DNA from: Candidatus Thorarchaeota archaeon
Lineage (GTDB): Archaea; Asgardarchaeota; Thorarchaeia; Thorarchaeales; Thorarchaeaceae
Length of the DNA: 55,521 nt
Direction: 5' to 3'
NCBI GenBank assembly: GCA_048882325.1
Contig: JBHLRS010000020.1
Coordinates: 1 to 55,521, forward strand
Shown here piece after piece: positions 28,198 to 37,144 of the stretch. The notes under the pieces were generated by a model, which was given only the letters and a program-made list of their open reading frames with translations, made no database searches and had not been told where the DNA came from. Position numbers and translations under genes: made by a program. Positions within the stretch are counted from its first letter, which is position 1, and each line of letters begins with the position of its first letter.

Positions 28198-29121
28198 TTG
28201 AGCCTAAAAGGTAGAAACTTTGTTGACCTTGCAGATTTTGATAGAGATGAGTTAAGAAAGATATTGGACACTGCGCATGATTTGAAACGAAAACAGAAGC
28301 AAGGTGAACCACACGAACATCTGAAGGGCAAGTCCTTGGCGATGATATTCATGAAGTCATCTACTCGAACTAGAGTATCCTTTGAAGTGGGAATGACTCA
28401 ACTAGGAGGTCATGCACTTTACCTTCAGCCAAGCGGCACTCAGCTTGGAAGAGGAGAAACTATCGGAGACACCGCTCTTGTTCTAAGTAGGTATTGCGAT
28501 GTAATCATGGCCCGAGTGTATGGTCACAATGAAGTGGCGGATTTAGCAAAGTATGCCACCGTACCTGTCATCAATGGGCTGTCAGACTTGTTACATCCAT
28601 GTCAGATAATGGCTGATATGCAGACCATAGAGGAGCATAAAGGAAAACTCGAGGGCCTCAAGATAACATACGTTGGTGATTCAAATAACGTCAGTAACTC
28701 TATCATGCAGGGCTGTACAATCATGGGTATGGATGTTACCATAGGCTCTCCAAAGGGATACACACCAGCAGACGAGATAATGAAGAAGGCAACTACTCTA
28801 AGTAATAGGTATGGTACAACTATAGAAGTCGTGAACAACCCTGATGAAGCAGTGAAAGGAACTGATGTGGTCTATACTGATACATTCTTCAGTATGGGAC
28901 AGGAGAAGTCAAAGGAGAAAGAGGATGCGCTGATGCCATTCCAGGTGAATAAATCCCTAGTGAGTAAAGCTAAGGGTGATGTCATTGTCATGCACTGTCT
29001 TCCTGCACACCGCGATGAGGAACTGACCTCAGAGGTGATGGATGGTCCACACTCAGTTGTGTTTGACCAAGCAGAAAACAGGCTACATGCGCAGAAGGCC
29101 ATTCTTGCACTCATTGTATAA
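28198..29121 (+). CDS. argF: ornithine carbamoyltransferase
   Basis: SSTRTRVSF, HPCQ, SMG, HCLP, QAENRLH. Confidence 0.96.
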   Translation: MSLKGRNFVDLADFDRDELRKILDTAHDLKRKQKQGEPHEHLKGKSLAMIFMKSSTRTRVSFEVGMTQLGGHALYLQPSGTQLGRGETIGDTALVLSRYCDVIMARVYGHNEVADLAKYATVPVINGLSDLLHPCQIMADMQTIEEHKGKLEGLKITYVGDSNNVSNSIMQGCTIMGMDVTIGSPKGYTPADEIMKKATTLSNRYGTTIEVVNNPDEAVKGTDVVYTDTFFSMGQEKSKEKEDALMPFQVNKSLVSKAKGDVIVMHCLPAHRDEELTSEVMDGPHSVVFDQAENRLHAQKAILALIV

Positions 29122-29133
29122 GAGGCGAATGTA

Positions 29134-30144
29134 TTGCCTGGTGAAGTTGTGTCGATAGGTAGAATCAATGTCGACATTGATATGAAAGTGGAGAAACTAC
29201 CAAAGGTGAACGAGCATGTCGTCTGCGAAACAGGACGAATAGCCTTAGGTGGATCAGCTGCAAACTTCGCCCGGCAGTGTACGCGACTGGGCGTTAAAAC
29301 AATGCTTGTTAGCTGTGTCGGTGATGATGCGTATGGTCAGCTTGCAGTGAAAGAGATTGCACAAGCAGGCGTGGACACAAGCTGTCTTCTGGTCCTAGAG
29401 AATCAGCCGACTGGCATCTTTGTATATGTGCACGATACAAAGGATGAGCGGATGATCGTCGTTGAGCCCGGAGCAAACAGGTTTCTAGAGAAAAGAGTGT
29501 TTGAAGAGGACAAGTTACTCGATGCTCAGTTAGTTCACGTTGCAGGGGCGTTTCCAATGTTGATGAATCAGGTTACTGAACTTACAACATCACATGGAAT
29601 GATTCTGTCTCTAGATCCTGGACGCGCAGGGATGGACTTAGACTATGGGAAGATCCTGAGGCGAACTGACCTGCTTTTCGTAAATCAAAGGGAACTCAAG
29701 GACTACTTTAAGATTAATCCAAGTGAAACCACACTTCGGACCTTTGCAAAGTCATTCCCAGGAGTTATGGTAGTCAAGATGGGAAACAAAGGCGCCATTG
29801 CCACTGATGGATTTGAGTTCTGCACTTCAGATGTGTTCGAGGTGCCTGTTGTCGACACACTAGGAGCTGGTGACTCGTTTGCTGCAGGATTTGCTACAGC
29901 TTGGATGAGGTCTGAACGAATAGAGCAGGCTTTGAACGTAGCGAATGCAGTGGCTGCACTTACAATTACACAAGCTGGAGCACAGAATGGGCAACCAACA
30001 CTGGACGAAGCAGCAAAACTTCTTCGACGTCATCAGATATCAATTGATTCAGTGTTACGGACCTTCAAGGGTAGGAGTAAGCCCAAAGGAAAACCAAAGG
30101 GGAAAAAGACGTCAAAGCCTAGAAAGAAACGTCGTAGTAACTGA
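29134..30144 (+). CDS. PfkB family carbohydrate kinase with basic C-terminal tail
   Basis: GGSAAN, VGDDAYG, DTLGAGDSF. Confidence 0.92.
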   Translation: MPGEVVSIGRINVDIDMKVEKLPKVNEHVVCETGRIALGGSAANFARQCTRLGVKTMLVSCVGDDAYGQLAVKEIAQAGVDTSCLLVLENQPTGIFVYVHDTKDERMIVVEPGANRFLEKRVFEEDKLLDAQLVHVAGAFPMLMNQVTELTTSHGMILSLDPGRAGMDLDYGKILRRTDLLFVNQRELKDYFKINPSETTLRTFAKSFPGVMVVKMGNKGAIATDGFEFCTSDVFEVPVVDTLGAGDSFAAGFATAWMRSERIEQALNVANAVAALTITQAGAQNGQPTLDEAAKLLRRHQISIDSVLRTFKGRSKPKGKPKGKKTSKPRKKRRSN

Positions 30145-30208
30145 GTATTATCCCCGTAGTATTCTACTTTTTGTTACCACAATACCTGGGTAATAACATC
30201 ATCTAGAT

Positions 30209-31351
30209 GTGAGTGGTAATATTATGCACCCGTTACTAGAAGAGGTCCTCAAATCGTCAGGTGGAAAACGTGATCCTCCTGCAAAGAAAGCGAAGAAGAT
30301 GCCAAAATCAGCTACAACTGATGAAGAATTAGCAAGTCTGCTAGAGTCAGTGAACGCAAGGATACTTGTTGTTGGTGTAGGTGGGGCTGGGAACAATGCA
30401 ATTACTCGTCTGATGGAAGTAGGCGTTGAGGGAGCTGAAACTCTTGCAGCAAACACAGATGCTCAGGACCTCTACTTCTGCAACTCACATCATAAGTTAC
30501 TTCTTGGAAAGGAAACCTGTGGGGGATTGGGAGCAGGTAATGATCCGGATATAGGAGAGGCTGCTGCAATCGAAACATATGACGACATCAAAGATGTTGT
30601 ACGTGGTGACTTAGTTTTCATTACCGCAGGGATGGGTGGCGGCACAGGAACTGGAGCCGCAGCTCACATTGCAAAAGCAGCAAAAGAGAATGGTGCATTG
30701 ACTGTTGCTATTGTCTGTCTTCCCTTCGATGTGGAAGGAGCTACAAGAAAGAAAAATGCAACTCGTGGACTCAATGCTCTAATGGAACATGTGGATACGC
30801 TGATTGCAATTCCAAATGAAAAACTGCTGGAGATAGCACCTGACCTATCTCTTCCAGAAGCATTCATGGTTGCAGATGAGGTTCTTGTACGTGCAGTCAA
30901 GGGAATTGCTGAACTTATTTCCAAGCCAGGTCTAGTCAACCTCGACTTTGCTGATGTACGCACCACAATGAAGAACGGTGGCGTATCAATAATTGCACTC
31001 GGTGAGGCGCGCGGTGAAGACAGAGCAGAAGACGCCGTGATTAATGCTCTACGCAACCCACTGATAGATGTGTCAATTGAGAATGCCAGAAACATTCTGG
31101 TGAATGTCAGTGGAAATGCTGATTTGCAGCTCTCAGAAGCCAAGCGAGTCATAGAGATTGTCACAGAGCAAGTGAATCCAGGAGCTGAGATTATCTATGG
31201 TGCCCTCATAGTACCGGAATTGGATGACCGACTCCGGGTTACGATAATTGCTTCAGGTGTGAGTTCACCCTATGTCTTTGACAAGACTGAACCTTTCACC
31301 CCTCTTGTTGACGACCTGAAGAGTGATCTTGGGATTCCAAAGCTCACTTGA
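30209..31351 (+). CDS. ftsZ: cell division protein FtsZ
   Basis: [29 protein letters not shown]; ftsZ-secE-spt5-rpl11 context. Confidence 0.97.
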   Translation: MSGNIMHPLLEEVLKSSGGKRDPPAKKAKKMPKSATTDEELASLLESVNARILVVGVGGAGNNAITRLMEVGVEGAETLAANTDAQDLYFCNSHHKLLLGKETCGGLGAGNDPDIGEAAAIETYDDIKDVVRGDLVFITAGMGGGTGTGAAAHIAKAAKENGALTVAIVCLPFDVEGATRKKNATRGLNALMEHVDTLIAIPNEKLLEIAPDLSLPEAFMVADEVLVRAVKGIAELISKPGLVNLDFADVRTTMKNGGVSIIALGEARGEDRAEDAVINALRNPLIDVSIENARNILVNVSGNADLQLSEAKRVIEIVTEQVNPGAEIIYGALIVPELDDRLRVTIIASGVSSPYVFDKTEPFTPLVDDLKSDLGIPKLT

Positions 31352-31451
31352 CCAAATAGGGATACTCAGCAAATGTTAAAAGTGAACCAATGTTGACAGC
31401 AACCGAATCCAATGACTGCTGAGGCAGTATGATTCAAGGACGTGTTAAAAA

Positions 31452-31640
31452 ATGGGTGTTGGTGAATTCATCAACGAAAGCAGACGTATTCTAAAACTGG
31501 CGACAAAGCCTTCCAGAAAGGAACTCTGGATGAGCACCAGAGTTAGTCTACTTGCTATGGTCCTTGTAGGGATGGTCAGCTTCATAATTCAGATTATCAT
31601 GACACTAATCACAGGAAACTGGGGTGTCACCCAGGGTTAG
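31452..31640 (+). CDS. secE: protein translocase subunit SecE/Sec61-gamma
   Basis: RILKLATKPSRKE followed by one TM helix. Confidence 0.92.
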   Translation: MGVGEFINESRRILKLATKPSRKELWMSTRVSLLAMVLVGMVSFIIQIIMTLITGNWGVTQG

Positions 31641-31669
31641 TCTGACTGGAATAATGTAGCTTCTATCAT

Positions 31670-32374
31670 TTGGAGGGTTTTCTCTTGGAAACTGGCACAA
31701 GTATCTATGCAGTGCGTACAACAATCGGACAGGAACGTAGCGTTACAGACCTGATCACTACAGCAGTGATTGGTGAAACCGATATCTGGCGATGTCCTTT
31801 CTGCTTAGAGGAGTTCGCGTCAGAGAAGGCCACTAAAGAACACATGAGCAGTTGCAAGAAGAAGAAAAAGAAGAAGGGAGAACCTGAACTAGTTTCGACA
31901 AATCAATTACTCGGTCGAGTGAAAGCAATACTCGTTCCCGAAACACTCAGGGGTTATGTCTTCATTGAAACAACTGAATTTAGAGATGTGGAGATTGCTA
32001 TCTCAGGGGTTCCTCACGTAAGAGGTCGAGTTGGTGGAAAGGTAAGTCTTGAGGAGATCGACAAGTTCCTAGCACCTCCGCCAGCGGCTGAAGGTATCTC
32101 AGAGGATGATGTTGTAGAAATCATCTCTGGACCATTCAAGGGTGAGCGGGCAAAGGTAGTCCGTGTAGACGCGGGCAAAGAAGAACTCATCCTAGAATTA
32201 TTAGACAGCCCGTACACAATTCCTGTCAGAGTCCATGCTGACTTTGCAAAAATCGTTGAACGCGCAGAACGAAAAGAAGAACCGGTTGAAGAGGCTGAAG
32301 AGGAAGAGGAGTTTATTGATGAGGATGAGTTTGATGAAGAAGACTCATTCTGGGCTCATGAGTCTGAAGACTAA
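31670..32374 (+). CDS. spt5: transcription elongation factor Spt5 with inserted zinc finger and acidic tail
   Basis: NGN (YAVRTTIGQE, LRGYVFIE) + KOW (VEIISGPFKGERAKV). Confidence 0.95.
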   Translation: MEGFLLETGTSIYAVRTTIGQERSVTDLITTAVIGETDIWRCPFCLEEFASEKATKEHMSSCKKKKKKKGEPELVSTNQLLGRVKAILVPETLRGYVFIETTEFRDVEIAISGVPHVRGRVGGKVSLEEIDKFLAPPPAAEGISEDDVVEIISGPFKGERAKVVRVDAGKEELILELLDSPYTIPVRVHADFAKIVERAERKEEPVEEAEEEEEFIDEDEFDEEDSFWAHESED

Positions 32375-32487
32375 TGCTGGTTGCTGCGTCGTAATCCTTA
32401 AAACCAAAACAAACCCGAGCGAGTTCATCCTCTTAATTTGACATAGGCGCTAGACGCTGTGTCCGGGGTGAAGAAAGTGACAAAGAA

Positions 32488-32574
32488 TGCAGTAGACTAC
32501 ACAGGATGTGCCTTGAGTTCTGTCCTGTTGGTCGACCCCATCGGATGTGTTGCGTACGCACCGAGTGCACTGCA
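32488..32574 (+). promoter_or_regulatory. structured 5' leader of the rpl11-rpl1-rpl10-rpl12 operon
   Basis: Closing stem TGCAGT/ACTGCA enclosing hairpins ACAGGA/TCCTGT and TCGG/CCGA. Confidence 0.45.
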
Positions 32575-32592
32575 TCAGGAGTCGTGCTAGAA

Positions 32593-33093
32593 TTGAGCGA
32601 AAAAGACGTTATAGTAGATGCAATGGTTGAGGGAGGAAAAGCTAGTGGTGGCCCTCCCATTGGTCCAGCCTTAGGACCTACGGGTGTCAACATCTTCCAG
32701 GTAGTGACAAAGATCAACGAGATTACTCAGCCCTTTGCAGGGCTAAAGGTACCTGTGAAAATCATCGTCAACCCAAACGACAAGAGTTTCGAGGTTGAAG
32801 TTGGAACACCACCAACCAGCGCGTTGATACTGAAGGAAGTTGGCGTACCCAAAGGATCTGGTGAGCCTAATACAAAGATTGTTGGAAACATCACACTAGA
32901 CCAGATGAAAAGTGTCGCCAGGGGAAAGGCAAGTGACCTCTCAGCCTTGACCATGAAAAGTGCAGTCATGATAATTTCAGGCACATGTGGTCAGATGGGC
33001 GTTACAATAGAGGGAAAGACAGCAAAAGAATTCCAAGCGGAAGTTCGTGAAGGCACATGGGATGCCCAGCTGGATGAACCACTTAGGGAGTGA
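32593..33093 (+). CDS. rpl11: 50S ribosomal protein L11
   Basis: GGKASGGPPIGPALGP, GTPPTSALI; start set at TTG 32593. Confidence 0.96.
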   Translation: MSEKDVIVDAMVEGGKASGGPPIGPALGPTGVNIFQVVTKINEITQPFAGLKVPVKIIVNPNDKSFEVEVGTPPTSALILKEVGVPKGSGEPNTKIVGNITLDQMKSVARGKASDLSALTMKSAVMIISGTCGQMGVTIEGKTAKEFQAEVREGTWDAQLDEPLRE

Positions 33094-33099
33094 TAGTGC

Positions 33100-33756
33100 A
33101 TGTCATATTCTATTGAACAGATTGAGGCTGCAGTTGCCGAAGCCCGGTCAGAGGGAAACAAGCGAAAGATCAAGTTTCAACAGAGCTTTGATGTAGCAGT
33201 AAACTTCAGGAAAAAAGAGTTGGATATATCAAAGCCGGAGAACAGACTGAATCAAGAGTTGGTCCTTCCCAACCCACTCGTTCCACCTCCCAAGGTGTGT
33301 GCTTTCGGAGATGGCGAGTTTGCAGAAAAAGCCACAGAGGCCGGCGCTGAGCGTGTCATCTCAAAGGATGACATTCCAAGACTTGGTGAAGAGAAGAAGG
33401 AGAGGAAATCACTGGCTAAGAGCTATGATTTCTTCATTGCCGCAGTTGATGCAATGCCCCTAATAGGTCGTTATCTGGGACAGGCTTTGGGATCACGTGG
33501 TAAGATGCCACGTCCATTTCCACCACAAGCGGACCTCAGTGCAATAGTCAACCAATATCATCGGACTGTTCGTGTCAGAATGAGGAACACTCCCACATTT
33601 CATGTAAAAGTGGGTCATTTCAATATGAGTGATAGAGAGATAGCAGACAACATTATTGCAGTCCTCAACTTCGTGGAGAGCAAGGGTTTCTCTGAGAGGA
33701 TGAGTAGCGTTCTGGTCAAGACAACAATGGGACCAGCCATCGAGGTGTCTGTCTAA
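33100..33756 (+). CDS. rpl1: 50S ribosomal protein L1
   Basis: FQQSFDVAVNF, LGSRGKMP, KTTMGP. Confidence 0.96.
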   Translation: MSYSIEQIEAAVAEARSEGNKRKIKFQQSFDVAVNFRKKELDISKPENRLNQELVLPNPLVPPPKVCAFGDGEFAEKATEAGAERVISKDDIPRLGEEKKERKSLAKSYDFFIAAVDAMPLIGRYLGQALGSRGKMPRPFPPQADLSAIVNQYHRTVRVRMRNTPTFHVKVGHFNMSDREIADNIIAVLNFVESKGFSERMSSVLVKTTMGPAIEVSV

Positions 33757-33771
33757 AGTTGGTGATTAAGG

Positions 33772-34797
33772 ATGTCAGTATATGAGAAAACCATTCCACA
33801 ATGGAAACAGGATGCTGTCGATAAACTGGCTGAAACAATCAATAGCAACGAGATGATTGGTCTCGTGAATGTTGAAGGAGTCGGAGCAAAGCAACTTCAG
33901 GGAATCAGAGAAAGTCTGAGAGGATCAGCAGTCATCAAGATGGCACGCAATACACTCATGATTCGAGCCTTGGAGAAGTCTAACAAGAAGGGGATAAAGG
34001 ACCTGATTGATCATGTTAAGGGACCTGTTTCGTTCGTGTTTAGTGACCAAGATCCTTTCGTTCTGAGTAAATTTCTCAGTGAGAACAAGACTGCAGCTCC
34101 CGCAAAAGGTGGTCAGATTGCACCAAATGACATCATTGTTCCTGCCATGAACACAGGTGTTGCACCTGGACCATTCATCAGCGAACTAGCAGGGCTCAAG
34201 ATACCCTCACGAGTGAAGGGTGGAGTGATTCACATCACTGATGACACTGTTGCTGTAAAGGCAGGAGATGTTATCTCAAATGCAATGGCATTGATGCTCT
34301 CGCGACTCGGCATTGAACCCATGGAACTGCAGCTCAAACTGATTGCGGCATACAGTGATGGCGCCGTTCTTACTGCAGGCAGTTTCGACATCGATATTGA
34401 GTCATTGTTCAGCCAAGTCATAGCTGGGCATCAATATGCAGTCAATCTCTCAGTGAATCTTGGTATTCCTACTGAGGAAACTATGCCACTCATAATTGCA
34501 AAAGCCAACATGGAGGCAAAGAGTCTGGCCCTACATATAGGATTCTTCGTGCCAGACATGCTCAACGAGTTCCTTTCAAAAGCCAACTCAGAGGCATCAG
34601 CACTCATTGCGGCAGTGGCTGAGAAGGATCCCGAAGCAATACCCTCTGATCTCCTTGACCAGGTTCAGAAAGCTGCTGCGGCAGCACCAATAGCGGCTGC
34701 ACCCGCCTCAGACGCGGCTGAGCAGCAAGAACCTGAAAAATCAGAGGAAGAGGAGGAAGAAGAAGAAGTCGCAGGCATAGGAAGCCTGTTTGGATAA
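33772..34797 (+). CDS. rpl10: 50S ribosomal protein L10 (P0)
   Basis: ARNTLM, APAKGG.IAP.DI, Ala/Glu-rich tail ending GSLFG. Confidence 0.96.
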   Translation: MSVYEKTIPQWKQDAVDKLAETINSNEMIGLVNVEGVGAKQLQGIRESLRGSAVIKMARNTLMIRALEKSNKKGIKDLIDHVKGPVSFVFSDQDPFVLSKFLSENKTAAPAKGGQIAPNDIIVPAMNTGVAPGPFISELAGLKIPSRVKGGVIHITDDTVAVKAGDVISNAMALMLSRLGIEPMELQLKLIAAYSDGAVLTAGSFDIDIESLFSQVIAGHQYAVNLSVNLGIPTEETMPLIIAKANMEAKSLALHIGFFVPDMLNEFLSKANSEASALIAAVAEKDPEAIPSDLLDQVQKAAAAAPIAAAPASDAAEQQEPEKSEEEEEEEEVAGIGSLFG

Positions 34798-34818
34798 GTA
34801 ACACAAGAGGTAACAACA

Positions 34819-35127
34819 ATGGAGTACGTATACGCAGCACTTCTGCTCCACAAGGCGGGTCAGAAACTCACCGCAAAGGCAATGGAGGCAACTCTAACCG
34901 CGGCTGGTGTAGAACCCGATAAGGGTAGGGTCAAAGCTCTGTTGGCAGCCCTGAAGGATGTCGACATTGATGAAGCTCTCAAAAGCGCCGCTGCCATGCC
35001 AGTAGCAGCTGCTCCAGCAGCTGGTGGTGCAGCTCCCGCTGAGGAGAAGAAGGAAGAAGCAAAGGAAGAGAAAGAAGAAGAGAAGGAAGAAGAAGAGGTC
35101 GCTGGACTCGGCAGCCTCTTTGGATAA
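34819..35127 (+). CDS. rpl12: 50S ribosomal protein L12 (P1)
   Basis: [11 protein letters not shown]...GLGSLFG. Confidence 0.97.
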   Translation: MEYVYAALLLHKAGQKLTAKAMEATLTAAGVEPDKGRVKALLAALKDVDIDEALKSAAAMPVAAAPAAGGAAPAEEKKEEAKEEKEEEKEEEEVAGLGSLFG

Positions 35128-35170
35128 GAAGGACATCTTGTCCTCCTCTTTCAGTTCTTCTAACATCAGA

Positions 35171-35215
35171 GGGCGGATGGGTCGCGAGCCTGTCTGCCCG
35201 CTAAATCCTTTTTTT
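35171..35215 (+). terminator. hairpin + T-tract after the ribosomal protein operon
   Basis: GGGCGGATGGGT/GCCTGTCTGCCC stem followed by T7. Confidence 0.6.
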
Positions 35216-35269
35216 GGTTCTAGAATCCAGTTCTGATGATACTATGAACCCAAGGACACAAATCCATCT

Positions 35270-36070
35270 TTGTCGACTGGAAAACTCGTGAAAATCGTTT
35301 ACCATCCCTTGATGCAGGAACACTATGATAGGACACCTGCAGGGGCCCCCGGGAGACTGGATACATCAGTCGAGATTCTGGGAAGTCATCCAGATTATGA
35401 GTTCGTTGAGGCAAGACCTGCAACTGAAGAGGAGATACTCCGAGCACATGGAACTAGGACATTGGAGTCGGTAAAACATGACTACGACTCTACTAGATCC
35501 GGTCTCTTGTATAAGATGGCAACATTGGCTGCTGGGGGTTCAATCATGACAGCAGAAATTGCAGTTCAGGGAGAACCAGCATTCGGACTTGTCAGACCTC
35601 CCGGACACCATGCCTCAAGTGACTCATACTGGGGGTTCTGCTATTTCAACAACATTGCAATCTCATTGCTCCATCTGAGGGCTAAGGGTCTCATCAAGTC
35701 AGCCTACATCCTTGATTTCGATCTACATACAGGTGATGGGAACATCAACATACTGGGTGATAATCCAAAGTTCACCATCCATAATCCGAGTGGAAATGGA
35801 GATGAACAATACCTGAGAGATATCAGGTTGTCACTCGACTCTGCACCAGATGTAGACATCATCGTCGCCTCTGCAGGGTTCGACCAGTATGAGCAGGACT
35901 GGGGTGGAAATCTATCGACTGATGCATTTCGCAAAATTGGAAGGATGATGCATGATTTTGCAAAAGAAAGATGTGAGGGCCGCCGGTATGGACTTCTGGA
36001 AGGAGGCTATAACTTCGAAGACCTTGGGAAGAATGTCCTGACCTTCTGTGATGGACTGAGGGGTGTCTGA
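35270..36070 (+). CDS. histone deacetylase family protein
   Basis: RPPGHHA, GFCYFNN, DFDLHTGDG, SAGFD, LEGGY. Confidence 0.93.
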   Translation: MSTGKLVKIVYHPLMQEHYDRTPAGAPGRLDTSVEILGSHPDYEFVEARPATEEEILRAHGTRTLESVKHDYDSTRSGLLYKMATLAAGGSIMTAEIAVQGEPAFGLVRPPGHHASSDSYWGFCYFNNIAISLLHLRAKGLIKSAYILDFDLHTGDGNINILGDNPKFTIHNPSGNGDEQYLRDIRLSLDSAPDVDIIVASAGFDQYEQDWGGNLSTDAFRKIGRMMHDFAKERCEGRRYGLLEGGYNFEDLGKNVLTFCDGLRGV

Positions 36071-36072
36071 TT

Positions 36073-36528
36073 ATGTTGTTCGACTTTCTAAAAGGAGCTA
36101 TAGAGCGCCACCTTGATGAAACGCTTCCTCTGATTGAGCAGCTCATTGAGGTGGATGTTATGAGCCAGCCAACATCTGGTGTGAGAGAGATTGGCGGGGT
36201 GGTTCTTCATCTCATTCGGTCCCTGGAATACTATATGCAAGGCATCGTGAAGAACGAATGGGAACCACTTCCATACACATTGGAAAAGTATGACTCAGCT
36301 GATTCCATTATAGACTTGGCCAAAGTTGTCTTTGAGAGAGTGAGACAATACATGAATATCGTTCCATCGATGGACCTCTCTCGAGTCATTGACTCATTCA
36401 ATCGCCCGGCTACAGTGGGTGAACTCCTCTTGGAAATGATTGAGCATAGTATCCATCATCGAGGCCAGATCACTGTTTACTATCGTATGCTCGGACTCAA
36501 ACCAAACACAATAGAGTATATCATCTAG
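36073..36528 (+). CDS. DinB family protein
   Basis: VLHL ... EHSIHHRGQITVYYRMLG. Confidence 0.9.
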   Translation: MLFDFLKGAIERHLDETLPLIEQLIEVDVMSQPTSGVREIGGVVLHLIRSLEYYMQGIVKNEWEPLPYTLEKYDSADSIIDLAKVVFERVRQYMNIVPSMDLSRVIDSFNRPATVGELLLEMIEHSIHHRGQITVYYRMLGLKPNTIEYII

Positions 36529-36594
36529 TAAATCCATACTCTATATTTCAGGAGTTTATATGCCTCAGTAAGGCAATAGGAAGCAGGTAGAGAG

Positions 36595-36846
36595 ATGCTG
36601 CTGTACCACTTACTTAGCCCACTGTCTGACTTTGCAGCAATGATTGCTGCATACTTTGCTGAGATTTGGGAGTTCCTGATCTTTATTGGGAATATCTCAG
36701 CGGTAATTGTCGTCCTAGTTGGAGCGATTCTATGGTTCACAGATGTGAATGCAGGCAGAGGGAAAGGATTGGTCCTGAGTGGGATACTCCTTGCGGTAGT
36801 TGTACAGTACTTCGTGTTCTACCCACCAGCCTTTGTAATGAGCTAG
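36595..36846 (+). CDS. small two-TM membrane protein
   Basis: Two hydrophobic helices with RGKGLV linker. Confidence 0.7.
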   Translation: MLLYHLLSPLSDFAAMIAAYFAEIWEFLIFIGNISAVIVVLVGAILWFTDVNAGRGKGLVLSGILLAVVVQYFVFYPPAFVMS

Positions 36847-37029
36847 GTATAAGATAAGACTAGGGGAATGCAAGATTTTGACTCCTTTATGCTAATCCAC
36901 ACCCAGTACCTACTCAGGACTGGTTTCACACACACCCACAAGCCCGGGATTCTCTTCTGAATCTCGGGCGACTACTTTTCTCTGCCAATCGGAAAGCTTT
37001 ATGTCCTTAGAGCATCGACGCTGGGTGCA

Positions 37030-37138
37030 GGGCCCGTTGCCTAGCCCGGTACCCTACGTAATCTTGCGTTGTGTGGGAATATAGGGCGCCAGCCTTCTAA
37101 GTTGGAGTTCGTGCGTTCGAATCGCACCGGGCCCGCCA
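37030..37138 (+). tRNA. tRNA-Arg(TCT) with D-loop intron (~37050-37080)
   Basis: GGGCCCG/CGGGCCC-G-CCA acceptor, CCAGC-CTTCTAA-GTTGG anticodon arm, GTGCG-TTCGAAT-CGCAC T-arm. Confidence 0.9.
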
Positions 37139-37144
37139 TTCATT

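Noticed and set aside
32506-32592. Cys-rich N-terminal extension of L11 in the ORF track
   Set aside because: L11 similarity starts at TTG 32593; the upstream part is better explained as untranslated leader.
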